Source: Phoronis australis (taxonomy: Eukaryota > Animalia > Phoronida). From it: DNA of 64,000 nucleotides. A model generated the notes under the pieces. That model did not search any database and was not told the origin of the DNA. It worked only from the letters and a program-made list of their open reading frames with translations. The position numbers were made by a program, and so were the translations under genes. Every line of letters begins with the position of its first letter. The stretch's first letter is position 1. Location of the stretch: assembly GCA_002633005.1 (NCBI GenBank), contig NMRA01001041.1:1-64000 (forward strand), given 5' to 3'. This document shows, piece after piece, positions 13,894 to 28,500 of this stretch.

Positions 13894-16507
13894 TTATCAA
13901 TTTTTTGCTGAAAGGGTAAAAGGCATTGACAAAACTATTTGTTCACAACATCTAACAGATCTCTCTTTACAAATATTGTTCTTTCTGTTTTGTGTTCACC
14001 TCTATCAATGGACTTACGTCATAAAAGTACATGTCTCAGTAGTCCTTTGAAATTGGCTAGTCATAGTTTTTGACCGAAGTAGAATTGTGTGAATACAAGA
14101 AATAAATGTTTCCACCTTGAAAGAAAATCAATATTGTGAAAACAGTGTATCACTTTCCAAGCTCAGACTGAAAGCCCTATCCACTTGTATGTGCTGAATA
14201 AACTTGGTGTTTCCAACAAGGAAATAAACTTGTGGTGACTCCTGTGCCTGACAACCTTAGTATAGAGCCAGAACCATGGGTGATTACTCAGAAATCCATG
14301 CTCATTATCGGGGGGGGGGGGGTGTACTTAAAAACTAACCCATTACTGTAGTCACAGAAAGACTTTACTTACCGTGGTGCATAATGATATGTGGGATATC
14401 ATACCAATCAAAGCTCTCTCTGTGTAAAGTGGTTAAGAATGGGTTGAGTTATGACAATTATTTGGTTAGTTTCATGTGTTTTGGGGAATCAGCTTTGTGC
14501 GTGAAACACAGATATTGTGAATTGTGTTTAAATGATGATATATTGAATGTATGTACCATTTCCTCTGTCCTTGTGAAATGCTGAAAACCTTGGGCAATGT
14601 ATATTACTGGAATCTTCGAGGGGAGATTGTAGTCCTGAACAGACGTATAGTTTATTAAGACGCAATGAAACTATAGTTTGAAATCAGGTTGCAAAATATA
14701 TTTTTGAAGGGTCTTGTGCTCAAAAGAGTAATTCACCAAAGAGGGAATGTAGTCGTCTTATATTGGAACAGTATTAAGTCATTTAATTACTGTTAATTAG
14801 GTCATGTTGGCAACCGGTCGACCGCATTTCTTTAAATTTGCTCATGAGTAAATTGCCGACGCTTGGCTACTCAGTTGATTTCACACACCAGTCAACTACA
14901 AAGTCTATATTCAGTTTATTTAGCACACACTCACGTGTAAGTTGTATAAAAAAAAAAACTGCATTTGATGACGTATCTTATTTTAATAATTAAAGTACAC
15001 GTTTGTCTCACTCATGGTTTTAATGTTTTATCTCTGCATTAGACCAGCGCCAGTAATAATAAAAGACAACTTGGCTTACATGAACGTCTTTATTTTAGTA
15101 GAACAGCGACCGGAAAGAGAGTAACCAAATAATACGTAGATAAATAATGGCGTAGTAAGTTGAACAATTGACAGCAGAAGGACATCTTAGTAAAAATATT
15201 GATAAACTTGGTAACAGTGTTTAATTGCAGGCAAAATGGCCTGCGGATGTGCACTGCTGTGGGTATTGCCACTGCTGTGGGTATTATGGCAGAACCAGAG
15301 AGAGCGCTTTGGTATTCCTGTAATGGGTTGTTATTGCCCTCTCCCAATAGTATTTTCCAATATTACCATGACATAATGAAGTGAAACTTTGTTGCTAGGC
15401 AGCGATGATGAGAATACTTGGTAGAGAATCTTCAGCACCACTTACAGTTAATTCCAATTATTTGGTGCAGATTTAAAGGAGAATGCTACCCGATTTAATT
15501 AATCGTTTTTACCGTCTTAATCGGTCTATATCCACATCGCCTCGCATACGGTCAACCTTACCTTGTCGAGAGGTGTCACATCAACCTGTGAGGAAGGTGA
15601 GAAACAACGCAGCGACATCAGTGGTTCATTTGCAGAGTGAATGCAGCTATGCTGCGGTGCATCGTTCCCGCTTGTCTGAACTATGCAGCTGCAAGGAAAG
15701 CAGGTATATCGTTGTTTCGACTTCCTCGAGATTACGAAATGCTTAGGAAGTGGCTCACGGTAGTGAAGAATAAAAAGCATGCTGTTAATAGCAAGTATGA
15801 GGCCATGAAACACCCTCTGTGTCTGTGGCCGGCAGTCGTTGACAGTGAGTCTTGACGAATGCCGGCTTACCAAAGAACTATCCACTGTGCATGCTCTTGG
15901 CGCCTCTCTAGTATTTATTGATCACTGCATTCCGGTTCGAACTGATAGCCTGTGAAACTTCACGATCCACCTGCGAAGTCTTCGTTGGGATTGACCTATC
16001 GCCAGGATGATGACTGACGACTTAACTGACCAATCAGAACGCAGCATTCTCGAAACACCTTCGTCTGCGTTTCTAAGCCGCCATTTTACCCAAAAAACAA
16101 CACGTAGTCAATTAAAACTTACTTTAGTCTATAGCTCAAGAAATTTTGCGCTAAGAATGGTGAAATGGTGTTGATATGGCTTGTGTAATTCCGACAGGTA
16201 TTATGCTGCTCCAGAATAATATCCCATCATTTTTTGGCATCTCCTAAGCCAAAAAGTGATGTTGAAAGGTGTAAACTATGGAAACTGAACGGCCACACGA
16301 GCAGCTGAACTTAACAATGTTGCTTGATTACTCAATGGCTATAATAAACACGAAGATACGTACTTTTCAGTTTGGTTGGTATGGTGTAGGCCTATCTCAG
16401 ATTTTGACTCCTGAGTTTCCTACGTATAGCCGCCTTTGTCTCGACACCTGCTGGATCTCAGCACTCTAGTGCGATAGTCCCTGGAAATTGTTGTTTTCAG
16501 GGACATT

Positions 16508-19500
16508 TTATTACTTGGCGGAATTCTTCGGATTCCGCCAAGTATGTTGCTCTGTCACTAAGTTTGTTTTTTTTTTGGTTTGTTCGCACGATACAGGTCG
16601 CAATTTTCGTCCGATCACCACGAAATTTACACATAACACGTACTTCCGGAAGTACTGAAAGCATATTGTTTTTTGTCAAAATCGGATCCAAGATGGCGGC
16701 TATGGTGGCCAAGTATAGCGGAAATTGTTTACTTCTGGTTAAAGATTGCGGAAATATCGGTGATTGCGCATGCGCACCTCGATTTTGGCCTAAAAACGTT
16801 TTCTACTGTAGCGGGCGCATTATAAGACCAATTCCTTCGAATTTTTACAGGTATTAGATTCTTATGACATGCTATTATCAAAAGCCAAAAAACTGGAAGT
16901 TGCTTTCAAGATGGCGGATCTGGCGCATGTTGACCCATTTTCAGTCGTGCTGGAGTGCGATTTTAAACGGGAAGAGAAAAAGATGTGATTTTTTGCCTGT
17001 GGATTCTTTGAAGTATATTCTTTCAAATGGCCTGTAGCAATTTTTTTCTCAGACTTACCGTTTTCGAGTTATTTGACTTTGAATTTCTTTAAAAAAACGC
17101 AAATTTTTCCATCAGTTAAGATAGAATTTTGAACGGGCTTTCAGAAGAAGTTTTCTATTTTTTGCTAGGACGTCTACTTTTCGATTTATTTGAGATTTTC
17201 TGATAACGCTGTTCCTTTGTTGAGCGCTCTTGCTGCATTGATGTTGGTTTATCTTCTGTTGAACTAGACTGTAGCCTATTTCTTATTGATTCATGACATC
17301 TAAGTTCGTCATATGAATGTTGTGATGTTGTTCATCATCGCCACCACCATCAACATATTCGTCATCATCGTCATCATCTCCGTCGTTGTCTTTTCCGTTA
17401 ATTTCGCCAAGTGTCGCTCAAGACTGTAGCCTTTTTCTTACTGATTTCGGACTTCTACGTTCATCATGTGTATGTTATTATGACTTGGCGGAATTCTTCC
17501 GCCAAGTATGTTGCTCTTCCACTAAGTTTTTTGTTTTGTTCGCACGATACAGGTCGCAATTTTCGTCCGATCATCACGAAATTTACACACAACATGTAGT
17601 TCCGGAAGTACTGGAAGCCTATTGTTTTTCGTCAAAATCGGATCCAAGATGGCGGCTGTGGCGGTCATTTTGTTTTCATTTAAAGGTTCATTTTGTATGC
17701 GCCCACATATTTACATGTGGACGCATTATGATGTCATCTCTGTCCGTCCGGCGTCCGCTGCTCTATCTCCAAAACCCTTTGACATACGTTCATGAAATTT
17801 GGCACATATGTTCCGTTCATAAATGGGACGGCATGTGCGAACTTTCGGACGGATCCGACTACCGGTGTGCCCCCTAGTGGCAATTTTAGTTTTTTACACT
17901 TACCTTTGTATCTTCAAAAGTCCTGAACGGATTTTCATGAAATTTGGTATGTAGGCACCTATTAGTGAGATGACGCTATCCTCCCGTTTTCAGATGGATT
18001 CGACATAGTTTGCGCTACCTAGTGGCCATTTTTAGTGTTTTCGAGTCTGTTTTTGTGCATCCACCCCTCTATCAACCAAACCGCTCAAAGGATGATTGTG
18101 AAAATTGGCATGTATATGCTTACTATGTAGAGGACGGTTGACGATGATTTTCCGACGATTTTGAGTACTGTGGCGCCTCCTAGTGGCAGTTTTGTTTTTT
18201 TGCGCCTATGGCTGTATCTCCTAAATCGTTTGCAGGATCTTTACAAATTGTGTAAGTATATTTATATGATGTTAACAACGGAAGATGACGACTTTTGGTC
18301 GGATCCGACTACCGGTGTGCCCCCTAGTGGCAATTTTAGTTTTTTACGCTTACCTTTGTATCTTCAAAAGTCCTGAACGGATTTTCATGAAATTTGGTAT
18401 GTAGGCACCTATTAGTGAGATGACGCTATCCTCCTGTTTTCAGATGGATTCGACGTAGTTTGCGCCACCTAGTGGCCATTTTTACTGTTTTCGAGTCTGT
18501 ATTTTTGCGTCCACCCCTCTATCAACCAAACCGCTCAAAGGATGATTGTGAAAATTGGCGTGTATGTGCTTACTATAAGGAAGACAGCTGACAATGATTT
18601 TCAGACGATTTGGACTACTGTGGCGCCTCCTAGTGGCAGTTTTGTTTTTTTGCGCCCATGGCTGTATCTCCCAAACCGTTCGCAGGATCTTTACTAAATT
18701 TAGCAAGTGTATTTATGTGATGTTGACAACGGACGATGACGACTTTAGGATGATTCTGATTACCGGTATGCCTCTAGTGGCAATTTTAGTATTTGCCTCT
18801 AGTGGCAATTTTAGTATTTTACATTGACCTCTGTATTTTCATAGGTCTTCAGGTGTATACTTTGTGTTACTTCGTGACTGTGAAGGAAAAGTTCCAAGTA
18901 GAAATTTGTTTCTGGCATTCTAATGCTGTGCTAATCTCGTATGTTGGTAAATTTGTTTTTAATTCTATGTTTCTGTGGTGCTTTAAGCAACTGGTGTATA
19001 GGATGTGCTTGTATTATGAAGATTACTCACATTTTGCCCCTAGCCTATTGAGGAGACAATGACCATGCCTTTCCATTTTGCAAAGTATGCCCTCTACTGA
19101 CCACTTCATGGTACCAATAAACAACCCTAGAAGGATACCGTATGCGGTCCAATTGTGGGCGCATTTCAACGCTCCGCGTTGCTCTTGTTTTTGTTTGCAC
19201 TCTACAGGTCGCAATTTTCGTCCGATTTTCACGAAATTTGCACGCGACGTGAAGACCGGGAAGTCCTGGAAGCCTATTGTTTTTGGTCATGATCGGATAC
19301 AAAATGGCGGACGTGGCGGCCATTTTGTATCCGATTTCACAGTCAAACGCTCGTAGAGGCCGCATTTTTCGATGTACATGGCTGAAAATCAGTACGATTA
19401 TACTAGAACGCATGTGCTACAAGTGTGCAGAACATCGTTGACTTCCGGTCAAAGATGGCGGAAATATTGGAAGTGGCGCATGCGCAACCTGAAATATGGC

Positions 19501-20345
19501 CAAAAACGTTTTCTCCTGTAGAGGGCGCATTTGCCAACCAATCACTTTCAAACTGACCAGTCACGTGTTTGTTGAGTTTAATAAGCTTTTATAAAAGTTT
19601 ATTAAACTGGAAGTCGCTTTCAAGATGGCGGCTGTGGCGCATGTTCACACGGTTTCAATCGTTCTGCTGTCTCGTTTTTAACAGGAAGAGCAAATGACGT
19701 GAATTTTTGCATGTGGATCCCTTTAAGTATGACCTTTCAAAAAGTCTGCGAGAGCGTATTTTTCAGACTTACCGTTTTCGAGTTATTTGACTTTGAATTT
19801 CAAAAAAGAACCAGCAAATTTTCAATTTTTTCAAAAAACTTTTTGATTTTTGCCAAACTATCACTTTAGATAGAGTTTTGAATGGGCTTCCAGAAAATAT
19901 TTTCCATTTTGCGCTGCAAGGTCTACTTTTTGAATTATTTGAGATTTGCGATACCGTTGTTCCTTCGGTCACATATGCAAGCACGCAGCTGGCTGGCTTT
20001 CAGTTCACTTTGTTTTGGTTATGCCTAGTTGACCCCGATTGACCCAGCCAGCACTGTCCTACCGGCCAAATACTTATTGTAAACATAACTTTGCTCTGCA
20101 GACTGACTCATATCGCCACGTATTTTGGAATGTGTGAACAAACATGGCTCGTCCGTCATGTTGCGCCATCTATTTCGTTTTATTGTAGTTGATTGTATGC
20201 TCTCTATTTGATTTCTTCGCTAGTCACATGAATGTTATCGTGTTATTCATAATTGCCGCCTTGATCGTCATGATTTTCGTCGTCCTCCCCATCGTCATCT
20301 GTTCTATTAATTCCGCCAAATGTCGCTCCTCCGAGCGCTCTCGTT
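16508..20345 (+). mobile_element. Second HINE-like family as two tandem units (about 16508-17420 and 17478-20345)
   Basis: 5' palindrome TACTTGGCGGAA..TTCCGCCAAGTA; 3' subTIR TTCCGCCAAATG with hairpin CGCTC..GAGCG; internal duplicated blocks. Confidence 0.65.
17696..19190 (+). mobile_element. HINE copy 2, nested in another HINE-like element
   Basis: Highly similar to 9451-11394 with one fewer 450-bp unit. Confidence 0.8.
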
Positions 20346-23300
20346 TTATTTATTTTTTCTTTTATTTCGACCTAATGGACATCATTTTGTTTCGTATCAG
20401 AGGTACATTTTTTGTTATTACCCGTAGGGTGGCGTTCAACTGAAGTTCTCTCCTGTCCAACATTCAGAGATTTGATTGGCACAGGGAGGGTCACTGCATT
20501 ACGCCGTTTTCTCTTTGATCCCAACTTGTTCGATTCTATAGCCCTACAACAAGTAGGGAAGAACACCCCTGTAGCCAATATCTTACACGACTGAATAACT
20601 CCATTCTGGCATTTATGGTTGGAGGGCCAGCTCTCTTTTGTTCGATAATTGCTCTAATCTCCAATAAGATCATATCTACCCTGACTGGGCTGTGCTGTTA
20701 AAAATAAAAGTTAAGTTATAACATATTTGAACATAAACCAATAGCATTTCTGAAATCTTCGTCAAATGGTGATCATGTTTAGTTTTTGAATCGCTAAAAT
20801 CGCCCAACTGCAACCGCAGTTACAACAATCTATTCTTCCCGAATACACCAATTCACTTTGAGTTTGACTGTAGTCACATGTGGTCTGTAATAAGCCTGGT
20901 AGATAATTGGCCTGCTTGTTGCCATAGCAGATAAAAGACTGTGCTTGGCAGTTAACAAAGAAGCTAGATGTTCACAGGCTCACAACCCTCTACTTCTGGT
21001 AAAGTCATTGAACCGAAAAACACCATCATGGGATTACTGAACTCAAAGCCTTGTTCCAGCTGTTGTCATGAAAAAATAAACAGTTGAATTACTTTTTGAT
21101 AGGGCCTCTAGTATAAACTACCCCTGTAGAGTTAGGGAGAGCTCATTTTGAAGTTGTTGAAACATGATATTTAGATTTATGAAGCTTTAAAAAAGAATTT
21201 GAGTTATTTTTGTAAATACCCTATTTTTGCCATTACACCAGACTTGTAATCTTTTATAACCATACCACAGCTTAGGGATCGTGCTATGTTCAAAATTGAA
21301 TAAAAGCTACCTTTATGCTATGAAACTACAAAAAATACGAAGTTCATCAGAAGGTAGGCCCAACTTATATGTATAATGGTGCAAACGGCCAATTTCAGGC
21401 ATTGACTTGGACTCAGCCTACCCTACCAGTGCTAACTGTTTGCCTAGTGAGAGTGTATGTGAGCTATGAGCCTGAGTTTTTGTTTTAATTAAAAATATTT
21501 CGTTACAAGATTGGAAAAGCATAAACAGTGCTATCGACTCAACCTACTCAGGGACTATAGTACGTGTTGTCTGTAATCTATGACCTACTTTACTCGGGGA
21601 TCAGACTCCCACCAGTTGTGACCTATTTTTCATTAGGCGAAATTTAGCAGACGACAGAATAAAAATATAGGTGAATCTTCTATTATTTTGTTCGAAAGAT
21701 CATGAAATCTATGGAATCCTACAGATAAATAGACTTTAAGGTAAATATCCAGCTTTACATGAACATATCTCATCAGTGGCCTTGTCACTTGTCAGGTGAA
21801 GGTAAACCCCGTTGGTTTCTTCGGATTTTCGCTTGCTTCTCGAATACTTGTCTTTTCATCGTTACCTTTACAAATTCCCATATCATGAACATACGATTCT
21901 CTGTTGAAAAGCATCGCCTGTTGTCTTTGTCGAAGCGTTTTCGAAAGTAGTGCAAAAAACACTCGTCGATTCAACCAGGAACGTCGTTTAGCTACAGTGT
22001 ATTTTCCACTGACATCTTCTTTATTTGTCAGGTATCGCGTGACTTTTTGCATAGGGGCGGAGCTTGCGAGAAATCAATTGCGAGAAGCCATGTTGGTATT
22101 TATTAATTATTCTGCTTTCTGTTTCAAAATGAATTATTCTCACCCTAACCAATGTGGATATAAAACTGAAAGAAAGTCTGTCTCATTAGGTACAATTTGT
22201 AATGCCTTTGCAGTATTCGTGGTTTTGAGAAACCAGCAATGAATAAACCACTGTGTTACCAGGCTTCAGATGCAATAAAGGTAATTGACTGGGCAAGGAG
22301 GCTGTGTGAGTGCATGCTAATTCAGTGTTTGCTGACAGAAAGCTGTTGTGAAACAATAACTCGACTGCTACGGTTCTGTTAAAGGGCAACTTGACTTTGC
22401 GGCCCCCGACAAGTAAGTAGATTTGCAGTTTCGTGGCTATTTCACCAAAATAATTATGTGCACATTATTTCTTTTGCTCATTAGCGTAGTCTTTTCATGA
22501 CTGGAGGTTTGGTTTCCAACTTAAGCTGGTTTATGTTCGTGATGTCCAGTCGCGGCAACCGCTCTTAAGTCAAAAAGTACAACACACAGCTATCTTTCAT
22601 GTCTGTTTTGCACGGAAGAATGATTTGAATTTATCACCGAACAGACCCAAACTCTGGCTATCGACCATGATAAATTGGCCTAACGAACCTAGGAGTATAC
22701 TGACACTCCTTGACCCAACTCTGTAGGCTACCTGTAGTATAGCCGATGTACATCACACTACCGTACATTCATATACCTATAAATCTGTAACAGTGAAATG
22801 AAACAACACGTTTGTTCAAGAACTCAGTGTATTTGTAAGGGTTTTACATCGAAATTTGATTATTTATTGGTGTAAAACGATGCATTCAAGTGATAAGTTT
22901 ATACCTGAGTAAGCATGTTGTGAACGGCTGAACAGACTGCGTTTGAACCAATTACGTCGTTGGTTAAATTCAACACCTCCATCTGCCGTCAGATGTCGGG
23001 TAAAACAACTGAACTTGCTGTTATCGAGTGGAACTACTCTATCTTAATTTATACAAAATAGGTTGTTTTTGGGTGACATTCTCCTTTAAGGCGGCAGTGA
23101 GACTCGGCATTTTTATATTTTCACTCATGTGTTCGAATAGTCTTTTTGCGAGTTTATAACAATAATGTGAGATTATGTGAGACTTAACTGTGACGTCACC
23201 GGAAGTGGGGCAAAAACTTGTTTGGCCATTTGCCCGATACGGTAGCAGAGTGTATTCTGTTGTTTACTTCGAGTTTTTAATATTTTAGTGTGAAAAATGA

Positions 23301-25201
23301 CAAACAAGCTTTGCTGTTATGGCAAATGAAATTCAGATTCGCACTACAATACGTTCCATCGCGTTCTGTACTAAAACGGGCAGTAGGCGAAATCCGCTCA
23401 CTGATTAAGTTTTCACCTCATCAAAAATACATTCCACTCATAAAATTATCCTCCAAAAAGGCATTTACTTTTTTAGTGATCCTTTCTGCTTCTAAACATA
23501 TCTTCGATGAAGCATAGCTACTTGAATTCCGGAGACTTTGGCGAAGAATTCCAACTCCACTTTTTGGTTGTTAACTTTGACCGCACGCGATAATCACAAA
23601 GTATTTCAACTGAGTCAGGTGAGTATGAGGCAAAGGCTAGCGCGAGACTGAGTGAAGCGCGTGACCTGGCGCGTGACCTGGCGCATCACACTTGCACAAT
23701 AGGCATGGGAAAACATCAAGTGAAATTTGTAAAATTTGTGTCCCTTGGACTTTTTGTTCGTCAGCAGGTGTGATTTGACATAACTTCCTCAAAATGGCGC
23801 CCTGTGAGAGAAACTCGATTGAAACGGGAGGTTTTCATGGATATGTTAAAGTTATTAGTAGACTAAATTGTAGTCAGAGTCAGGGTGTGTGCTAATTATA
23901 ACTCGATGTGCACATATGCATGTTTCAATTGGTTTCATTTGCTGTATTTTGAAATGAGTAACTTATGGGGATATACTATCGCCCCTGTATGCCTGCGGCA
24001 TTCAGGCGGGCCTAGACCGGGTCGAGTTCCAATTTCATTCCGGTCACAGCTTCGCACAACATAACAAGTTCACATTTTCTTTGTCCATTCACAGTTATTC
24101 CACGATCCCATTTACCATCCCTGAAATCGTGTTGACGTTTTAAGCGTAAGATTTCATGTGTGTAGCAAAGACTCTGAGCAAAACAAGAACAATATGGTGG
24201 GTTTTGCCCTCCTTCCGGTGGCGTCACATTGACTAACTGGAAACTCGCAAGTGAGCTATTGCCACTTTTATGCTTTTAGATGTTCAGTGGTTCAAGCAAA
24301 GTTGCAAAATGTGCGTAAATGAGAGAAATTACATTTTGACATTGACCTGTCTTGCTCACCAGTATTTTAAATCAGGTCAATCTTATGCTGCTTTTATGAC
24401 CTGACCTTGTGCTTGTGCTTGCTTTTGTTGTGAGAGGGAATGTTACCTTTATGAAATCCTTTTTGGTCAATTTAGCACATCAAACTTCAGTAGAACTGGT
24501 ATTTTGAACCCTTTCAGCTGATAAAATGTTCAACTAATAACCAAATATAGTGATGCTGTAAGTTCTGAAAACGTCAACCAGCCTGAGTGAACTATGATCT
24601 ATCGCTTTCCATTTTTGATAACTTGCTCAATAATGAAGGCACGTTCAGATTTTCAGTTTCAACCCTAATTACTTAACTATTTCTTCTTTACCCCATTCAC
24701 ATACTGTCTAAAATGATGGTGTTTTCGCTGCCACTTCTGCCAGTATGGAATACGCCAGTAATGTGAACAGTTTCTGATGTCACTTTTGCTGGTGGTTTCT
24801 GTTACACCAAAGCTGCCAATGTCTCTAAGATAGCTCTTTTGTACTATAACACTTGCTTCAAAGGATACATGTGCGAAGTGGAAAGAGGCCTTCGTTAACC
24901 ATGTTGGTGATTAATTTATTGCAGTTGGTTCACTTTATAAGCTATTTTGATTATGTGTCTGAAGCAGAAGTGTTTCCTCAAGGGAATATGGCCCATTAGA
25001 CTGTTATTTTTAGATAAGCATAGTTTACATTGTTACAGCTAGAGGTCTCTGTAGACTGTCTGCCTAGTTAGTGTTCAACATCTTTTTAGAGGTAATGGGG
25101 CTATTCGGAAAATCTACAATAACTAGAGTGCGTGCGTGTACTAGTGGTGATAGATTAACAGCCTCGATTTCGCGAGCCCTTTAAATACATGGTGAAATGG
25201 C

Positions 25202-27250
25202 TTGCAGCCGTGCCAACTGAATCTGAGATTGTGTAAAAAGGGTGCTTCTATGAGAGGAAGTAAACATGACCTCATACTAAGGTAAGGTTTGTGATTATTT
25301 TAACGATTATTCCATGATTATTCTACCGACGCCTGTTAACTGAGGCACTCGCCGATGTTGACTTCGCGGCAGTCAGTCGCCAGCCAGAGTCTGGTTAATC
25401 TTTGTATGTTGTGATATGTGATACGATACTTGACGTAGCAATCGGGATCTTTTCGTACATCAAAGCATTATTATTGTTTGGAATGATTTCTAAAAGTTTA
25501 TCAGTGACAGTTACATCAATCAATGCTGCATGTTTATGCTGTCAACTCGATACAGGTTAATGAGTTAAGATTACAATCCAATCCCAATGGCAAAGGGTAC
25601 GTGAGTGATAAATATCCATTGTATTAGACTATTTGTTTACTCCCTATCATATGTCTTCTGGAAATCTATTACACGTTGAAATGGAAATCTATCACGTCAG
25701 TTTTCACGTAACCTTTGGTTTTTAGGTTTGAAGGCTTGTACCGTGCAGAGGAGATATGCATCGCTTCTGCACCGTCCCTGAATGGACAAAAATTGGTTTT
25801 TAGCATTTGACTGCAGCTAACCAACAAGATCTTCCCATCCAGTGCAGATCTGTTGTCAAAGCCTACTTTCAATATTGGAGACAACGAACAAAGCCTTTGA
25901 AAAGGAACAGCTATTTTTAAAGTCATTTTGTTAAATTACTTATTCAGGTCCCGAGGGGGGATTGGCATGGGGGGTTGTAATATTTGGTACAACTGAATGT
26001 GTGGAAATAACAGGTAATACATGTTTGGGGAAAAGAGCATGGTGAGGTAATTCTTAACCTTCACGAAGTCCCTTCAAGTTGATTTCATGAAACTGTTTTG
26101 CTACTTGTATCAATTGTAAAACCACGAAAATATATTACATTTTCCGAATTCACAGTGACTGAATAGTCTTAACTCATGCCTTGAAATGTTGCAAGTCGTT
26201 ATAAATTCAAATGACTGCCATTTTTGTGAAAATTGCATTTTTGATGGTGCCTTACGATTTGTAATTACTCTTAAACAACAGAAAGATTATCCATCATTTT
26301 TAAATGACCCAAGTCTTCATATCTTCTATTAGAAGAAAAACGGTTCCCTCAACCTTAGGCTAGAAGTATGCTTGACAGACCCATGAACCTGTAATCTGAG
26401 TTTAAAATTGCTGAAAGTATCAAAATTAAAAAGGCTTGAAAATGGGTAACAAAGGTTTGAAGTTGTCTCAAAAAACTTGTATATTTTACAGACAAGTGAT
26501 GCGTTTAAAGAATTGTTATGGCTAGGGATAAAAAATAAAGACACAGTTTTATGCAATACTCATTATATACACCCTTGGTTTCTGAAAATAGTAATTATTT
26601 ACTTTTATGTGAAACTGTAGACCAATCACCATATATTTTTGAAAAACAGGGATAACATTTTTGATCCAATCTGGAGTACTTAATTATTCATATTTCAATA
26701 TTTGTTCCAGGTTCAGTGACATTTTAAGGCCACTTCAAGCTGTATCATAGACAAGCTTTGTTACTCCGTTCTCTTCCCACAGCACTTCCACACACCAGCA
26801 GTGCTGCATGGCACAATGTGCAAGTCAGTGGCCTTGGAGAAATGTGAATCACAGTACTAAGTTACCATAAGACGATGTGCCAGTGGACTGTCTGTGTATC
26901 CAGACGAACTATATCTGACTGCTACACAAATAAGCCTTGTTGGTGAGGATGCCCTTTCATAGGCAATGAGTCATGTGTGGACAATAGCTTATTTCCTTTC
27001 TGGAAGAAACATGAGGGACTGAAGCTAAAGAAGACCTAGTCACACTCTGGTCTAGTTCAGAGTCTGATTTTGGGCTCAAAACGATTCAAGTGATATGCTG
27101 CTGTGTTTACCTTCAAGGGTCTAATTGTGGATGTTATTGAGGCTGAATGAGGTTACATGAAAGAAAGCCACGTGTTGAAACTGGACCTTTTTTACAAGCG
27201 CTTCTATAGGCCATTGAAACTAGAACCCAGTGAAATGAAAGCCAAAAGCT
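25202..27250 (+). pseudogene. SAP + YqaJ (lambda-exonuclease-like) pseudogene within the ISL2EU element
   Basis: SAP-like exon LQPCQLNLRLCKKGASMRGSKHDLILR|gtaagg (25202-25281). The exon from 26711 reads TPAVLHGTMCKSVALEKCESQY*VTIRRCASGLSVYPDELYLTATQISLVGED, then after a frameshift LKLKKT*SHSGLVQSLILG...VFTFKGLIVDVIE...KLDLFYKRFYRP. Contains stops and frameshifts. Confidence 0.72.
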
Positions 27251-27579
27251 GAGTGACATTAAATTTTCCTTTCAGAAGAAAGGCTTTATACTATTGGTAA
27301 AAACTTTTCAATTTGGTACAGATTATGGGGAAATGACATTCAGTGACTGCATCGATTGTCTTATTGTATGTTTTCAATTGTAGCTAGCTGGATAAGAATC
27401 TGCTATGCACAAGATTCGAGAATAAACAATTATCAGTGTATTTAAAAACAAATGGCAAACTGAAAAAGCACAGAAAGAAACAACATTGCGAGGGAGTCCA
27501 TAATCAGGCATATCAGGTGCTGAATTTCTGAATTACGTTCAATTCTCTCAGGTTATTGCTGAAGGATTGCTTTTCACTT

Positions 27580-28500
27580 TGTCCAACGGTGAAATAGATG
27601 GTCAGGCGGTTGGTTTCAGTTGTTTTTTCTTGCCTGTAACAGAATAGAAATATTAGCAAATTGTAAAAGAAAAGACAAGACAAAACTACTTTTGTAAGGC
27701 AGAACATACTTGACATTTCATCTTCATGTTTATGTGTAGAAACTAATAACCTTTGTACCCAAGTCTTATTTAATATCTGAATTAAAATATGTGAAACAGG
27801 CTAAAAGTGATTTAACAATGTGTATTTTTCATGACACTTAAAATGTGCTTCTGATCTCAACAAGTAAAATTCATTCTAGGTGTCAATTTTTTTCCAATGC
27901 AATGTTACGACATTTACTGAATTAAGGCTTATTCATGTTAATTCGATAACTGAGCTGGTGGTCCTGGGGGTGGGGTCCACGATAAAATAAGGAAACTCAC
28001 TCATCTAGAGAATTTTATTGGAAACAGCATAGTTTTGAAGAGAAACTGCTGTGAAAAAGTCACTCTTGACTTCTGTGCATCACGTACCATACACCTCTTA
28101 TTTTGGGAGCACTCCCACCCAGGACAATATGAATATGTGCTGCTAGCCTACCCGGCATCGGGTGAGTTTCCAAAAAGAAACACTTAGTTCCACTCAATAA
28201 AACTGTTATTCAGTGGGGTAACTGGTGGGGATAACATCACCGAACGATGTTGATAGAAACTGATTGCTAAAAACTTACCAAGTAATGTTGTGTAGTCTCC
28301 GAATGGAACTGCATAGTCATAGACATAGAGCACACACGGGGCTTCAGCATCCACACACTTTTTGTCAGTTAGTTGACCCTGTTGACCACAATTGTCCACG
28401 AATATAGTAACCTTAGGTCTTTTGGGAATTTGTGGCCACCTGTCGAAGACTTGCACCAGGGAAATTAGCAGTAATAAGGCTTAGCGCGACGACGTATTTT
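27580..28500 (-). pseudogene. Spliced THAP zinc-finger remnant (transposase N-terminus) within the ISL2EU element
   Basis: YC*FPWCKSSTGGHKFPKDLRLLYSWTIVVNRVN*LTKSVWMLKPRVCSM.. ends at donor G|gtaagt (28279). The next exon starts at 27633 with GKKKQLKPTA*PSI, the THAP AVPTIF-like motif. Confidence 0.72.

Larger units (their letters stand above)
15477..23085 (+). mobile_element. Kolobok-type non-autonomous element with THAP remnant, expanded by nested HINEs
   Basis: TTAA TSDs; TIR AGGAGAATG.CACCC / GGGTGACATTCTCCT; THAP-like MLRCIVPACLNY..GISLFRLPRD.EMLRKWL at about 15649-15790; both ends are homologous to 30047-31717. Confidence 0.78.

Noticed and set aside
20372-20620. KolX remnant on the minus strand (C..C...CCRAIE)
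   Set aside because: The cysteine spacing is suggestive but too degenerate to call without a profile search.
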